DNA from: a virus
UHGV virus genome: UHGV-0311374
Length of the DNA stretch: 12,033 nucleotides
Direction: 5' to 3' (one strand)
Translations under genes and position numbers: made by a program
In this document: piece after piece, positions 1-7,167 of the stretch
Layout of the letters: the number at the start of each line of letters is the position of its first letter
Position numbering within the stretch: position 1 is the first letter of the stretch
The notes under the pieces: generated by a model
Database searches by the model: none
What the model was told of the DNA's origin: nothing
Seen by the model: only the letters and a program-made list of their open reading frames with translations

Positions 1-15
1 CGGCGCTGATAGTGA

Positions 16-195
16 TTATTCTGATTCTTTGGCCTTGCGACGCTGGCGGTATTCAACTTCCCGCTTTAATGCAGCTGTAACAAACTGCCCTGTACTTTCG
101 CCGGGCATTTTTACCGCCTCAACATTGTTCATAACTTCATGTGGAACCCTTGCCGCAACTGTTTGTGATTTTGCGTTTACTGCTTTTGTCGCCAT
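16..195 (-). CDS. Putative small DNA-binding regulator, ribbon-helix-helix-like (59 aa from ATG at 195; GTG at 204 would give 62 aa)
   Basis: Minus-strand ORF MATKAVNAKSQTVAARVPHEVMNNVEAVKMPGESTGQFVTAALKREVEYRQRRKAKESE; pattern of a short N-terminal strand (TVAARV) followed by two short helices and a basic tail resembles Arc/CopG-type RHH proteins; diverges from an operator-rich intergenic region. Fold assignment is by eye only. Confidence 0.4.
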   Translation of the reverse strand: MATKAVNAKSQTVAARVPHEVMNNVEAVKMPGESTGQFVTAALKREVEYRQRRKAKESE

Positions 196-245
196 GTTGA
201 GCACCCTTCATAAAAAACAAATGCAGTATGCAGGAAAAAAAATAA

Positions 246-297
246 GTGTTCAACACTTGACGTGTTTAACACCTCGATTTAAATTGGTGTTCAACAC
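246..297. promoter_or_regulatory. Three copies of 11-bp palindrome GTGTTNAACAC (246-256, 262-272, 287-297) overlapping putative divergent promoters
   Basis: GTGTTCAACAC at 246-256 and 287-297, GTGTTTAACAC at 262-272, read directly. Rightward -35-like TTGACG at 257-262 with a 17-nt spacer to -10-like TAAATT at 280-285; on the other strand TTGAAC (inside the first palindrome) lies 17 nt from CATACT, pointing toward the leftward gene. Promoter calls are inferred from weak consensus matches. Confidence 0.5.
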
Positions 298-394
298 CTT
301 ATTAAGGCAAGGTGTAGAAACGACGAAACCCCGCACTGTAGGAGCAGTAACGGGGCTTCTAACCACCAACGATAACGAGAGTATCGAGGTAGCT

Positions 395-598
395 ATGTTA
401 AATCATACCACACACCCGCAAGGGCGGGACTCGCACAACCTGAATAAATACATCTGGCGTTTTATCGCCCTGAGCACCGCACAACCGCGCGTAATTCACA
501 TCGTGGCCACCAGCGAACAGGAAGCGCGTCAGCAATCTCCTGATGGCTGCGTGATGGTATTCGCCGCCCGTATTCGTCAGGGGTCACATCATGCGTAA
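395..598 (+). CDS. Icd-like small protein (host cell division inhibitor Icd family-like), 67 aa
   Basis: ATG at 395 preceded by GAGG about 7 nt upstream; product ends ...YIWRFIALSTAQPRVIHIVATSEQEARQQSPDGCVMVFAARIRQGSHHA, which matches my recollection of Icd-like proteins of P4-like and cryptic prophage elements. The longer 29..598 ORF is rejected because its 5' part overlaps the operator/promoter region and the opposite-strand regulator. Confidence 0.5.
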   Translation: MLNHTTHPQGRDSHNLNKYIWRFIALSTAQPRVIHIVATSEQEARQQSPDGCVMVFAARIRQGSHHA

Positions 599-884
599 AA
601 ACCGCTTGCAAAAAATTATCACGGGGCTGTATGCTTCCCCCGTCGCCCACATGGCGACCGGGTTTGACAGCCTGAATACTACAGCGGACAGCCGCTTACA
701 TTCCGATATGCGGTTTTTTTGTGTCCGTAAACCTACCCATACCCGCATTATGGCGGGGCGTAACGGGGGAGCCTTTGCGCTCGCTGGTTCCTGTAGTGCC
801 AGTCTGTCAACCCTGTTACGTCTCGCCACCATGTTTGACAGCGTAGTAGCGAGACTCCTTAATTTCACTACAGGAGCCTTTCAC

Positions 885-1055
885 ATGGCTGTATTCACAC
901 GCCCTTATTTTGTCTGGCGCTTTATGCAGTGCCACCACAGCAACATCGATGTATTCACCGTTACCGCTGCCACTGAGCGCGAAGCACGTGCACAGCTGCC
1001 GCACGCACATCTTATTTTTGTCGCCCGTATTCGTCAGGGGGTGTTCCATGCCTGA
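885..1055 (+). CDS. Icd-like small protein, paralog of 395..598, 56 aa
   Basis: ATG at 885 with AGGAG 8 nt upstream; product MAVFTRPYFVWRFMQCHHSNIDVFTVTAATEREARAQLPHAHLIFVARIRQGVFHA aligns along its length with the C-terminal region of the 395..598 product (WRF...EARxQ...FxARIRQGxxHA). Confidence 0.5.
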   Translation: MAVFTRPYFVWRFMQCHHSNIDVFTVTAATEREARAQLPHAHLIFVARIRQGVFHA

Positions 1056-1368
1056 CATGACCAATTACCAGTACCTGATTAATCCGCATTTTAACTGTGA
1101 GCATGATATTGCTAAAAAGGTTTATTCCGCTGCGGATGGGGCTACTGACAATATATCAATGGCTGTTTCGTCAATTGGTAGCCTGATGTGGTATGCGTCA
1201 GAAAATAAGGAATATGACGAAAAGGCCATGCGCATTGATATGGGTAATATCGGTTTGTTACTGGCAATGCTTGGACAGTTTAATATTTCGTTACGGTGCA
1301 CCATTGAAAATGCCACAGATGCATTAAATGCCATAAAGAAAGCGAATACTGATTCAAATCGGGGATAA
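1048..1368 (+). CDS. Hypothetical protein, 106 aa, AT-rich cargo gene
   Basis: ATG at 1048 overlaps the stop of the previous gene (ATGCCTGA), with a G-rich SD-like run upstream; markedly AT-richer than the flanking genes; no family recognised. Confidence 0.5.
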   Translation: MPDMTNYQYLINPHFNCEHDIAKKVYSAADGATDNISMAVSSIGSLMWYASENKEYDEKAMRIDMGNIGLLLAMLGQFNISLRCTIENATDALNAIKKANTDSNRG

Positions 1369-1374
1369 ATAATC

Positions 1375-1674
1375 ATGAGAACATATTTATCTGGCTTGAC
1401 TGCCAGCGGTTATGCACACCCAAAAATTATCCCAGGCGCTATTTATCTGGATAAGAACGGTAACAGAGTAACGGTAAAAGAACTGATGTTTGACCGTGTG
1501 TATTTTATTCGTGATGGCTATTCATTTCATAGTTCGCTGAACGTGGAGATCTTTATTAGCAGATTCAGGCGGGAAATCCCGCCTTCCAGAAATAACCATG
1601 TGCCATGTATGGATGTTGATAAAAAACTACAGGAACTGAAAAACATGATTGCCGCGTGGAGAGAGCAGAAATGA
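1375..1674 (+). CDS. Hypothetical small protein, 99 aa (possibly DUF4222-like)
   Basis: ATG at 1375 with GGGGA upstream; stop overlaps the primase start (ATGA at 1671-1674); motif YLDKNGNRVTVKELMFDRVYFIRDGY resembles what I recall of small DUF4222 proteins found next to satellite primases; AT-rich. Confidence 0.5.
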   Translation: MRTYLSGLTASGYAHPKIIPGAIYLDKNGNRVTVKELMFDRVYFIRDGYSFHSSLNVEIFISRFRREIPPSRNNHVPCMDVDKKLQELKNMIAAWREQK

Positions 1675-3794
1675 AAAAAGCGCCAAATTTAAAACACCAG
1701 CCACGTGACAAAATGACGGAAGTCATCATTTTTGCGGGTAGTGATGCGTGGGCACATGCGAAGCAGTGGCAGGAACAGGACGGGCGACTGGCTGGCGATA
1801 ACGTGCCTCCTGTCTGGCTTGGAGAGCAACAACTTGCCGAACTGGATAAGCTGCAAATTGTGCCGGAAGGCCGAAAATCAGTACGCATATTCAGGGCCGG
1901 ACATCTTGAGCCAGTAATGATCAAGGCGATTGGTCAGAAGCTGGCGGCGGCAGGCGTACAGGATGCAAATTTTTACCCTGATGGAATGCACGGTCAGGAG
2001 GTGGAGAACTGGCGCGAATATCTGGCCCGTGAGCGGCAGAATCTTTCTGATGGTCTGGTTATTGAGTTTCCGGTAAAGAAAAAAGATACCGGAAGTCATA
2101 GCGATGACGAATTAAAGCCACGCGTTGAAAGTCGCGCCGATGGTGTTTTCTGGGTAACGCCCAAAGTGGATAAGCAGTCAGGCGAAATTATCCGGCCTGA
2201 GACGTGGTTATGTTCTCCGCTTGAACTACTGGGAACGGGGACGATCGGTAAAGAGCATTACCGCGTGATGCGCTGGAAAAAAACCGCAAACCATGAAGTC
2301 ATCACAATGGCGATCCCGTGTGGTGGTATCGGCGACCGTGACGGCTGGCGGTTACTTAAAGATCACGGGCTGAACGTGACAACCAACGGCAAATACAGGG
2401 CAATCCTGGCGGACTGGATGCAGTTAAGCGGAAGCCATGAGGAATGGCAGTTAAGCACAACAACGGGCTGGCATTTTGGCGCGTACATCATGCCGGACGG
2501 TTCGATCATTGGTGATTCTGAAAAACCGATCCTGTTTACCGGAAAAAGCGCCGCGATTAACGGTTATTCCGTGGCGGGTACGGCGGAGGGCTGGCGCGAG
2601 AGTGTGGCGCGGCTGGCTGGCGGTAATGCCTCAATGATGCTGGGTGTGGCAACGTCACTGGCAGCGCCTTTAATTGGCCTTGTGGGTGCTGACGGCTTCG
2701 GGGTGCATCTTTTCGAACAGTCATCGGCAGGTAAGACCACCACGCAGAACATCGCATCAAGTTTATGGGGAGAGCCGGACGCGCAGCGGCTGACCTGGTA
2801 CGGCACGGCGTTAGGTATTGCCAATGAGGCCGAGGCCCATAATGACGGGCTTTTACCACTGGATGAGATAGGCCAGGCCGGAAATGCGCGGGAAGTGTCA
2901 ACGTCTGCTTATACGCTGTTTAACGGTTCAGGGAAATTGCAGGGGGCGAAGGATGGCGGCAACAGGGAGATCAAACACTGGCGAACGGTGGCAATCAGCA
3001 CCGGAGAAATGGACGTTGAGACATTCCTCAAAAGTGAGGGGATAAAAGTTAAGGCGGGGCAGCTTGTCCGACTGCTTAACGTTCCGATGGAAAAAGCCAC
3101 GAAATTTCACGAATACAGCAACGGTAAGGAACATGCTGACGCGTTAAAGGATGCCTGGACAGCAAATCACGGGGCGGCGGGTCGTGAGTGGGTTAAATGG
3201 CTGGCAGGCCACCAGCAGGAGGCAAAGGACACGGTAAGGGAATGCCGCGAACGGTGGCGCAACCTGATACCGGAGAGTTACGGCGAGCAGGTCCACCGCG
3301 TGGGTGAACGTTTCGCCATACTGGAGGCCGCGCTTGTGCTTTCCTGTCATGTAACTGGCTGGGTCGTGCAGGAATGCCGCGACGCGATACAGTATAACTT
3401 TAATGCCTGGGTGAAGGAGTTCGGCACGGGTAACAGGGAATTTAAACAGATGGTTGAACAGGCTGAGGCGTTTTTGTCGTCGTTTGGGTTTAGCCGCTAC
3501 CTTCCGTACCCCAATACAGATGAGCGTGATTTACCGATTAAAGAGCTTGCCGGATACAGAAAAGGGAGCATTCGCAACGAAGATGACGAGATGCGCTATT
3601 ACACGTTCCCGCACGTGTTTGAGAGTGAGATAGCGAAGGGATTTAATCCGGCGCATTTTGCGCGTGCCCTGGATGCTGCCGGAATGCTGGAGAAGGGAAG
3701 CGATCGCCGATACAAAAAAAAGGCGCTGGGCAAGATTGGGGGTAAGCAGCATGTTTTTTACGTGCTGATGTTCCAGCCTGATGATGAAGATTAA
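1671..3794 (+). CDS. Replication initiation protein, primase/helicase-like (P4 alpha / PICI Pri-Rep type), 707 aa
   Basis: Long ORF; ATG at 1671 preceded by GGAGAG (the track's 1656 start is an upstream GTG); Walker A-like motif SSAGKTT in FEQSSAGKTTTQNIASSLWG; sits immediately upstream of an iteron array, as expected for a satellite or plasmid-type initiator. Confidence 0.8.
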   Translation: MKKAPNLKHQPRDKMTEVIIFAGSDAWAHAKQWQEQDGRLAGDNVPPVWLGEQQLAELDKLQIVPEGRKSVRIFRAGHLEPVMIKAIGQKLAAAGVQDANFYPDGMHGQEVENWREYLARERQNLSDGLVIEFPVKKKDTGSHSDDELKPRVESRADGVFWVTPKVDKQSGEIIRPETWLCSPLELLGTGTIGKEHYRVMRWKKTANHEVITMAIPCGGIGDRDGWRLLKDHGLNVTTNGKYRAILADWMQLSGSHEEWQLSTTTGWHFGAYIMPDGSIIGDSEKPILFTGKSAAINGYSVAGTAEGWRESVARLAGGNASMMLGVATSLAAPLIGLVGADGFGVHLFEQSSAGKTTTQNIASSLWGEPDAQRLTWYGTALGIANEAEAHNDGLLPLDEIGQAGNAREVSTSAYTLFNGSGKLQGAKDGGNREIKHWRTVAISTGEMDVETFLKSEGIKVKAGQLVRLLNVPMEKATKFHEYSNGKEHADALKDAWTANHGAAGREWVKWLAGHQQEAKDTVRECRERWRNLIPESYGEQVHRVGERFAILEAALVLSCHVTGWVVQECRDAIQYNFNAWVKEFGTGNREFKQMVEQAEAFLSSFGFSRYLPYPNTDERDLPIKELAGYRKGSIRNEDDEMRYYTFPHVFESEIAKGFNPAHFARALDAAGMLEKGSDRRYKKKALGKIGGKQHVFYVLMFQPDDED

Positions 3795-3816
3795 TCCCCT
3801 GTGTGAGAAAAAAAAT

Positions 3817-4154
3817 TGCGGGTTATGCGGGTTATCCTGTGTATAAGTGTATTAAGTGCATGAATATAAAGGAAACCAATAACCCGCACGTAACCCGCAA
3901 AAGGGCATTTATAACCCGCAAAAGCACGATTATAACCCGCAGGCGAATAACTGAAGTAACACCGGACAGTCATGCGTAACCCGCAGAAAAAACCCCGTTT
4001 GCGGGTTATTTTGAGCGTTTTGCGGGTTACGTGGTGAGCAAATAATAAACAGGGTGTTTTGCAAAATACTGATATAAAAGGATAAAAAATGGTTAGCACG
4101 CTAAGATAACCCAATAACCCGCATAACCCGCACATGTTTCTATATATATATATA
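3817..4154. repeat. Iteron array and AT-rich tract, putative origin of replication
   Basis: 9-bp TAACCCGCA in forward orientation at 3880, 3891, 3912, 3933, 3977, 4115, 4124 (degenerate ATAACCCAA at 4106) and as reverse complement TGCGGGTTA at 3817, 3826, 4000, 4021; followed by (TA)7 at 4141-4154; directly downstream of the primase gene. Confidence 0.75.
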
Positions 4155-4168
4155 AATTGAGGTGGCAA

Positions 4169-4420
4169 ATGACCAGAACACGCAGAGACAGAACAGAGCC
4201 AAAATATAAAGCGTTAGACATGACTGAGCACACCTTAAAGGTGGCAATCAGAACGATAGACCGCCACACGCGGGAAGGATACGCGAAGGAACATCCCGAC
4301 CTGATAAGCGCATTCATGACCACGGCGGCGGCAAACTTTTCCACGCTGACAGAACGGGATATTGCCGAAGCGGAACAGGTAACAACCATCAACGTTAAAA
4401 CCGGAGAGCAGACAGCATGA
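4169..4420 (+). CDS. Hypothetical protein, 83 aa
   Basis: ATG at 4169 with GAGGTG 5 nt upstream (the track's 4157 start is TTG); stop overlaps the next start (ATGA at 4417-4420); no family recognised. Confidence 0.5.
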   Translation: MTRTRRDRTEPKYKALDMTEHTLKVAIRTIDRHTREGYAKEHPDLISAFMTTAAANFSTLTERDIAEAEQVTTINVKTGEQTA

Positions 4421-4827
4421 CAGCACAGATAGCAGCTTACGGGCGGCTGGTGGACGACCCGCAGGTAAAACAGACCAGTAAGGGCACACCGATGACGCTG
4501 GCGCGTATGGCGGTATCGTTGCCATGTAGTCAGGCGCAGGATGGGCAGGCGACGTTATGGCTATCGGTCATCGCATTTGGTAAGCAGGCCGACTTCCTGG
4601 CTAAACATCAAAAAGGCGACGTTGCCAGCGTATCCGGCACGATGCAGGTCAGCCAGTGGACCGGACAGAACGGGGAAACGCGGCAGGGTTATCAGGTTAT
4701 TGCAGACAGCGTAATCAGTGCCCGTGCGGCACGTCCTGGCGGGAACAGACGCAAAACCACAGGCACACAGGGTAATCAGCCACCAGCGGGAGGCGATGAC
4801 CCTTACGGTGATGATATTCAGTTCTGA
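4417..4827 (+). CDS. ssb: Single-stranded DNA-binding protein (SSB)-like, 136 aa
   Basis: N-terminal IAAYGRLVDDPQVKQ and central WLSVIAFGKQADFLAKHQKGDVASVSGTMQVSQWTGQNGETRQGYQVIADSV parallel the OB-fold region of E. coli SSB; Gly/Pro-rich linker; acidic C-terminal tail DDPYGDDIQF resembles the SSB DDDIPF tip. Confidence 0.7.
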   Translation: MTAQIAAYGRLVDDPQVKQTSKGTPMTLARMAVSLPCSQAQDGQATLWLSVIAFGKQADFLAKHQKGDVASVSGTMQVSQWTGQNGETRQGYQVIADSVISARAARPGGNRRKTTGTQGNQPPAGGDDPYGDDIQF

Positions 4828-4837
4828 GGGGGTGACG

Positions 4838-5110
4838 ATGGTACATGACCGCATAGCGGAGGAACTCGAGGCAAAAGGCTTTTACCGGAGGGCGTCGGCG
4901 CGATGGGGTGAAGTCATGCTGCTGGTGGAGACAGACAAGGAACGGCATCAGGTTACGATGCGACGGCTGGAATGTTCCAGGAAGGCACAGAAGCCACCGG
5001 AGCCGCCGGATAACTTCGGAGACCTGAGAAAGGCAGTAGATCGCACTTATGCTGAAATGGGTATAGATGGTGTAAGCGATGAAATATGGCGTAATTACCC
5101 AGACAGCTAA
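4838..5110 (+). CDS. PerC-family-like transcriptional regulator, 90 aa
   Basis: ATG at 4838 with GAGGGGG upstream; N-terminus MVHDRIAEELEAKGFYRRASARWGEVM resembles the conserved N-terminal region of PerC-type activators as I recall it; followed by a terminator. Confidence 0.5.
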   Translation: MVHDRIAEELEAKGFYRRASARWGEVMLLVETDKERHQVTMRRLECSRKAQKPPEPPDNFGDLRKAVDRTYAEMGIDGVSDEIWRNYPDS

Positions 5111-5115
5111 TCAAC

Positions 5116-5138
5116 AGCCGGAGCAATCCGGCTTTTTG
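5116..5138 (+). terminator. Rho-independent terminator-like hairpin
   Basis: AGCCGGA (5116-5122), loop GCAA, TCCGGCT (5127-5133), then TTTT, 6 nt after the stop at 5108-5110. Confidence 0.6.
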
Positions 5139-5359
5139 TCATTTTTTGTAAATTATTTGTTCGTGGTTGTTCCACGTTGTTCACTGACAGGATCGGCATA
5201 TTTTACCCGAACTGAATCATGAGTATTCTCGCCCGTGGTGCCAGGACGCTGGGGCCACTTTCCCGCCTGTTAATGTGCTCGCCAATATTCATTACCAGGC
5301 GGGAAAACGATCGGTGCGATTGCTGATTTCCTTATGAAAAACGGTTGAGTTTTTGCCGC

Positions 5360-5396
5360 GTCCTGGAGTTCCTTACTTAACCCCAGGACTTTTTTT
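5360..5396 (+). promoter_or_regulatory. Hairpin plus T7 run abutting the capsid start codon; the only SD-like AGGA lies in its 3' arm
   Basis: GTCCTGG (5360-5366) pairs with CCAGGAC (5383-5389) around a 16-nt loop, followed by TTTTTTT (5390-5396) and ATG at 5397. Confidence 0.35.
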
Positions 5397-6554
5397 ATGC
5401 CGAGAATAATCGAATTACGCCAGCAGAAAACCGCCATTAAAAATCAGATGCGCGACATGCTGGAGAACGCGGAAAAAGAAAACCGCAGCCTTAACGATGC
5501 TGAGGGCGCAAAATTTGACGAATTACGCGCTAAAGCTGAATCACTCGATAAAGACATCTCCCGCCTTGAGGCCGTTGCTGACGAAGAGCGCAGTAAACCA
5601 GGCAAAAACAGCCAGACCACTGACCCCGCCGAACTACGTCACTACATTCTGACAGGTGAAACCAGCGCATTGAGTACAGGCGTTCCCGCTGATGGTGGTT
5701 ATACCGTTATCCCCGAACTGAACACCGAAATCATGCGAATGCTGACGGATGAATCCACCATGCGCCGCATCTGTACCGTGAAGAAAATCAGCAGCAACGA
5801 GTTTAAGCAGCTTGTTTCCGCTGGCGGTGCGACCGTTAACCACGGTGAAGAGGGTAAGGCACGCGAACAGACCAGCACCCCGCAGATTAACGAGGTGAGC
5901 ATTAAGCTGTATCCGGTCTATGCGTACCCGCGCACCACGCAGGAAATCGTGGATTTTTCCGATGTGGACATCCTTTCATGGCTGACGGGCGAGATTGGCG
6001 ACACCTTCACGGAAACCGAAGAAAGCGATCTGGTTGTGGGCGACGGTGACAAAAAAGCAAAAGGCTTTTTATCCGTACCCCGTGCAGAGAAGAACGACAA
6101 AGAGCGTGATTTTGGTACGTTGCAGGTAATTAAACCTTCCGAATCTCTGGCGTGGACATCTGCGGACCCGCTGATCGACCTGAAATTTGCATTACGTAAA
6201 AAATACCGCAAAAACGCGGTCTGGGTGGTTAACTCCACGACGGCGGCAAAACTCCAGAAGGTGAAGAACGCGAACGGTGATTACATCTGGCGTGACCGTT
6301 TACAGGCGGGTGATCCTGATACGTTGCTGGGCCTTCCGGTCGAATATCTGGAGTTTATGCCTGATAACGTTATTGCCCTGGGTGACTTCAAACGCGGTTA
6401 CTACATTGTTGATCACGAAACAGGTGTTCGCACCAGACCGGACAACCTCACAGAGCCGGGCTTCATCAAAATTTTCACGCAGAAATATTTAGGCGGTGGC
6501 GTGGTGGATTCGAACGCGATCAAGATTCTGGAACTGCCACAGGACGACGATTAA
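5397..6554 (+). CDS. Major capsid protein, HK97 fold, with N-terminal coiled-coil delta/scaffold domain, 385 aa
   Basis: N-terminus MPRIIELRQQKTAIKNQMRDMLENAEKENRSLNDAEGAKFDELRAKAESLDKDISRLEA is typical of a delta domain; GGYTVIPELNTEIMRMLTDESTMRRICTVKK matches the conserved HK97-family capsid region; followed by protease and portal genes. Confidence 0.85.
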   Translation: MPRIIELRQQKTAIKNQMRDMLENAEKENRSLNDAEGAKFDELRAKAESLDKDISRLEAVADEERSKPGKNSQTTDPAELRHYILTGETSALSTGVPADGGYTVIPELNTEIMRMLTDESTMRRICTVKKISSNEFKQLVSAGGATVNHGEEGKAREQTSTPQINEVSIKLYPVYAYPRTTQEIVDFSDVDILSWLTGEIGDTFTETEESDLVVGDGDKKAKGFLSVPRAEKNDKERDFGTLQVIKPSESLAWTSADPLIDLKFALRKKYRKNAVWVVNSTTAAKLQKVKNANGDYIWRDRLQAGDPDTLLGLPVEYLEFMPDNVIALGDFKRGYYIVDHETGVRTRPDNLTEPGFIKIFTQKYLGGGVVDSNAIKILELPQDDD

Positions 6555-6564
6555 CAGCATACAG

Positions 6565-6593
6565 AAGGGGCTTAAAAGCCCCTTTAGTGTTTT
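6565..6593 (+). terminator. Terminator-like hairpin after the capsid gene
   Basis: AAGGGGCTT / AAGCCCCTT palindrome (6565-6584) followed by TAGTGTTTT; located between the capsid stop (6552-6554) and the protease start. Confidence 0.5.
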
Positions 6594-7166
6594 ATGGGTG
6601 AAAAAATTATGAAGAGTATGGAAATCCGGTCATCGGAAATCACCACCAGCGCCAGCAACACGCTTACAGGCTACGTTGTTCGCTGGGATAACCTTTCAGA
6701 GCTGCTATGGGGGGAGTTTTACGAAAAATTCCAGCGGGGAGCGTTTACTGAATGGCTTGCGGCGGGTAATGACGTTCGCGGCCTGTATGAGCATGACCAC
6801 AGCATGTTGCTGGGGCGTACCCGTTCCGGCACGCTGAAACTGGAAGAGGACGAAACAGGGTTACGCTTTGAACTGACGCCACCGGATACCAGTACAGGGC
6901 GTGACGTTATCGAACTGGTTAAGCGTGGGGACATCTCGGGGATGAGCTTTGGCTTTCGCTCCCGCAAGGATGTATGGGATACCACAACAGATCCATGCGT
7001 GCGCACCGTGCTGGTGGCGGAACTGTACGAAATTACCGTTACATCGGTACCGGCTTACCCCGATTCCGGCGTGGAGCTGGCCCGCCGTTCCCTGTATGAG
7101 CAGCACCCCGAAAAAATGCCGCGTGCGGATAATCGCCGCTGGTGGGCGGATTTAGCGGGGGTGTGA
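6594..7166 (+). CDS. Prohead maturation serine protease, HK97 family, 190 aa (alternative start ATG 6609)
   Basis: GYVVRWDNLSE, GAFTEWL, YEHDHSMLLGRT, LKLEEDETGLRF and ISGMSFGF match the pattern of HK97-type prohead proteases. Confidence 0.85.
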   Translation: MGEKIMKSMEIRSSEITTSASNTLTGYVVRWDNLSELLWGEFYEKFQRGAFTEWLAAGNDVRGLYEHDHSMLLGRTRSGTLKLEEDETGLRFELTPPDTSTGRDVIELVKRGDISGMSFGFRSRKDVWDTTTDPCVRTVLVAELYEITVTSVPAYPDSGVELARRSLYEQHPEKMPRADNRRWWADLAGV

Positions 7167-7167
7167 T

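Noticed and set aside
29-394. 5' portion of the 189-aa plus-strand ORF 29..598
   Set aside because: It spans the palindromic operator and promoter region and overlaps the better-supported minus-strand regulator; only the 3' part from ATG 395, which has an SD, is retained as a gene.
591-884. 5' portion of the 154-aa ORF 591..1055 (ATG at 591 overlapping the upstream stop)
   Set aside because: The region contains direct repeats and a hairpin with a T-run, its translation is low-complexity, and the conserved Icd-like part begins at a well-placed ATG at 885. I cannot fully exclude the longer protein.
3817-4132. Possible CRISPR array
   Set aside because: The repeats are only 9 bp, occur in both orientations with irregular spacing and no uniform spacers; this is iteron architecture, not CRISPR.
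3791-4392. Minus-strand ORFs 3791..4168 and 4093..4392 crossing the iteron array
   Set aside because: They run through repetitive origin sequence and the (TA)7 tract and overlap plus-strand genes; reading frames created by the repeats.
5139-5200. P2/P4-type late promoter dyad (TGT-N12-ACA) upstream of the capsid gene
   Set aside because: I looked for TGT and ACA pairs 12 nt apart around the TTGTTC repeats and found none, so an Ogr/Delta-type late promoter is not supported.
5219-5326. 35-codon ORF (MSILARGARTLGPLSRLL...) in the capsid leader
   Set aside because: No convincing SD, and it overlaps the inverted-repeat element; more likely non-coding regulatory sequence.
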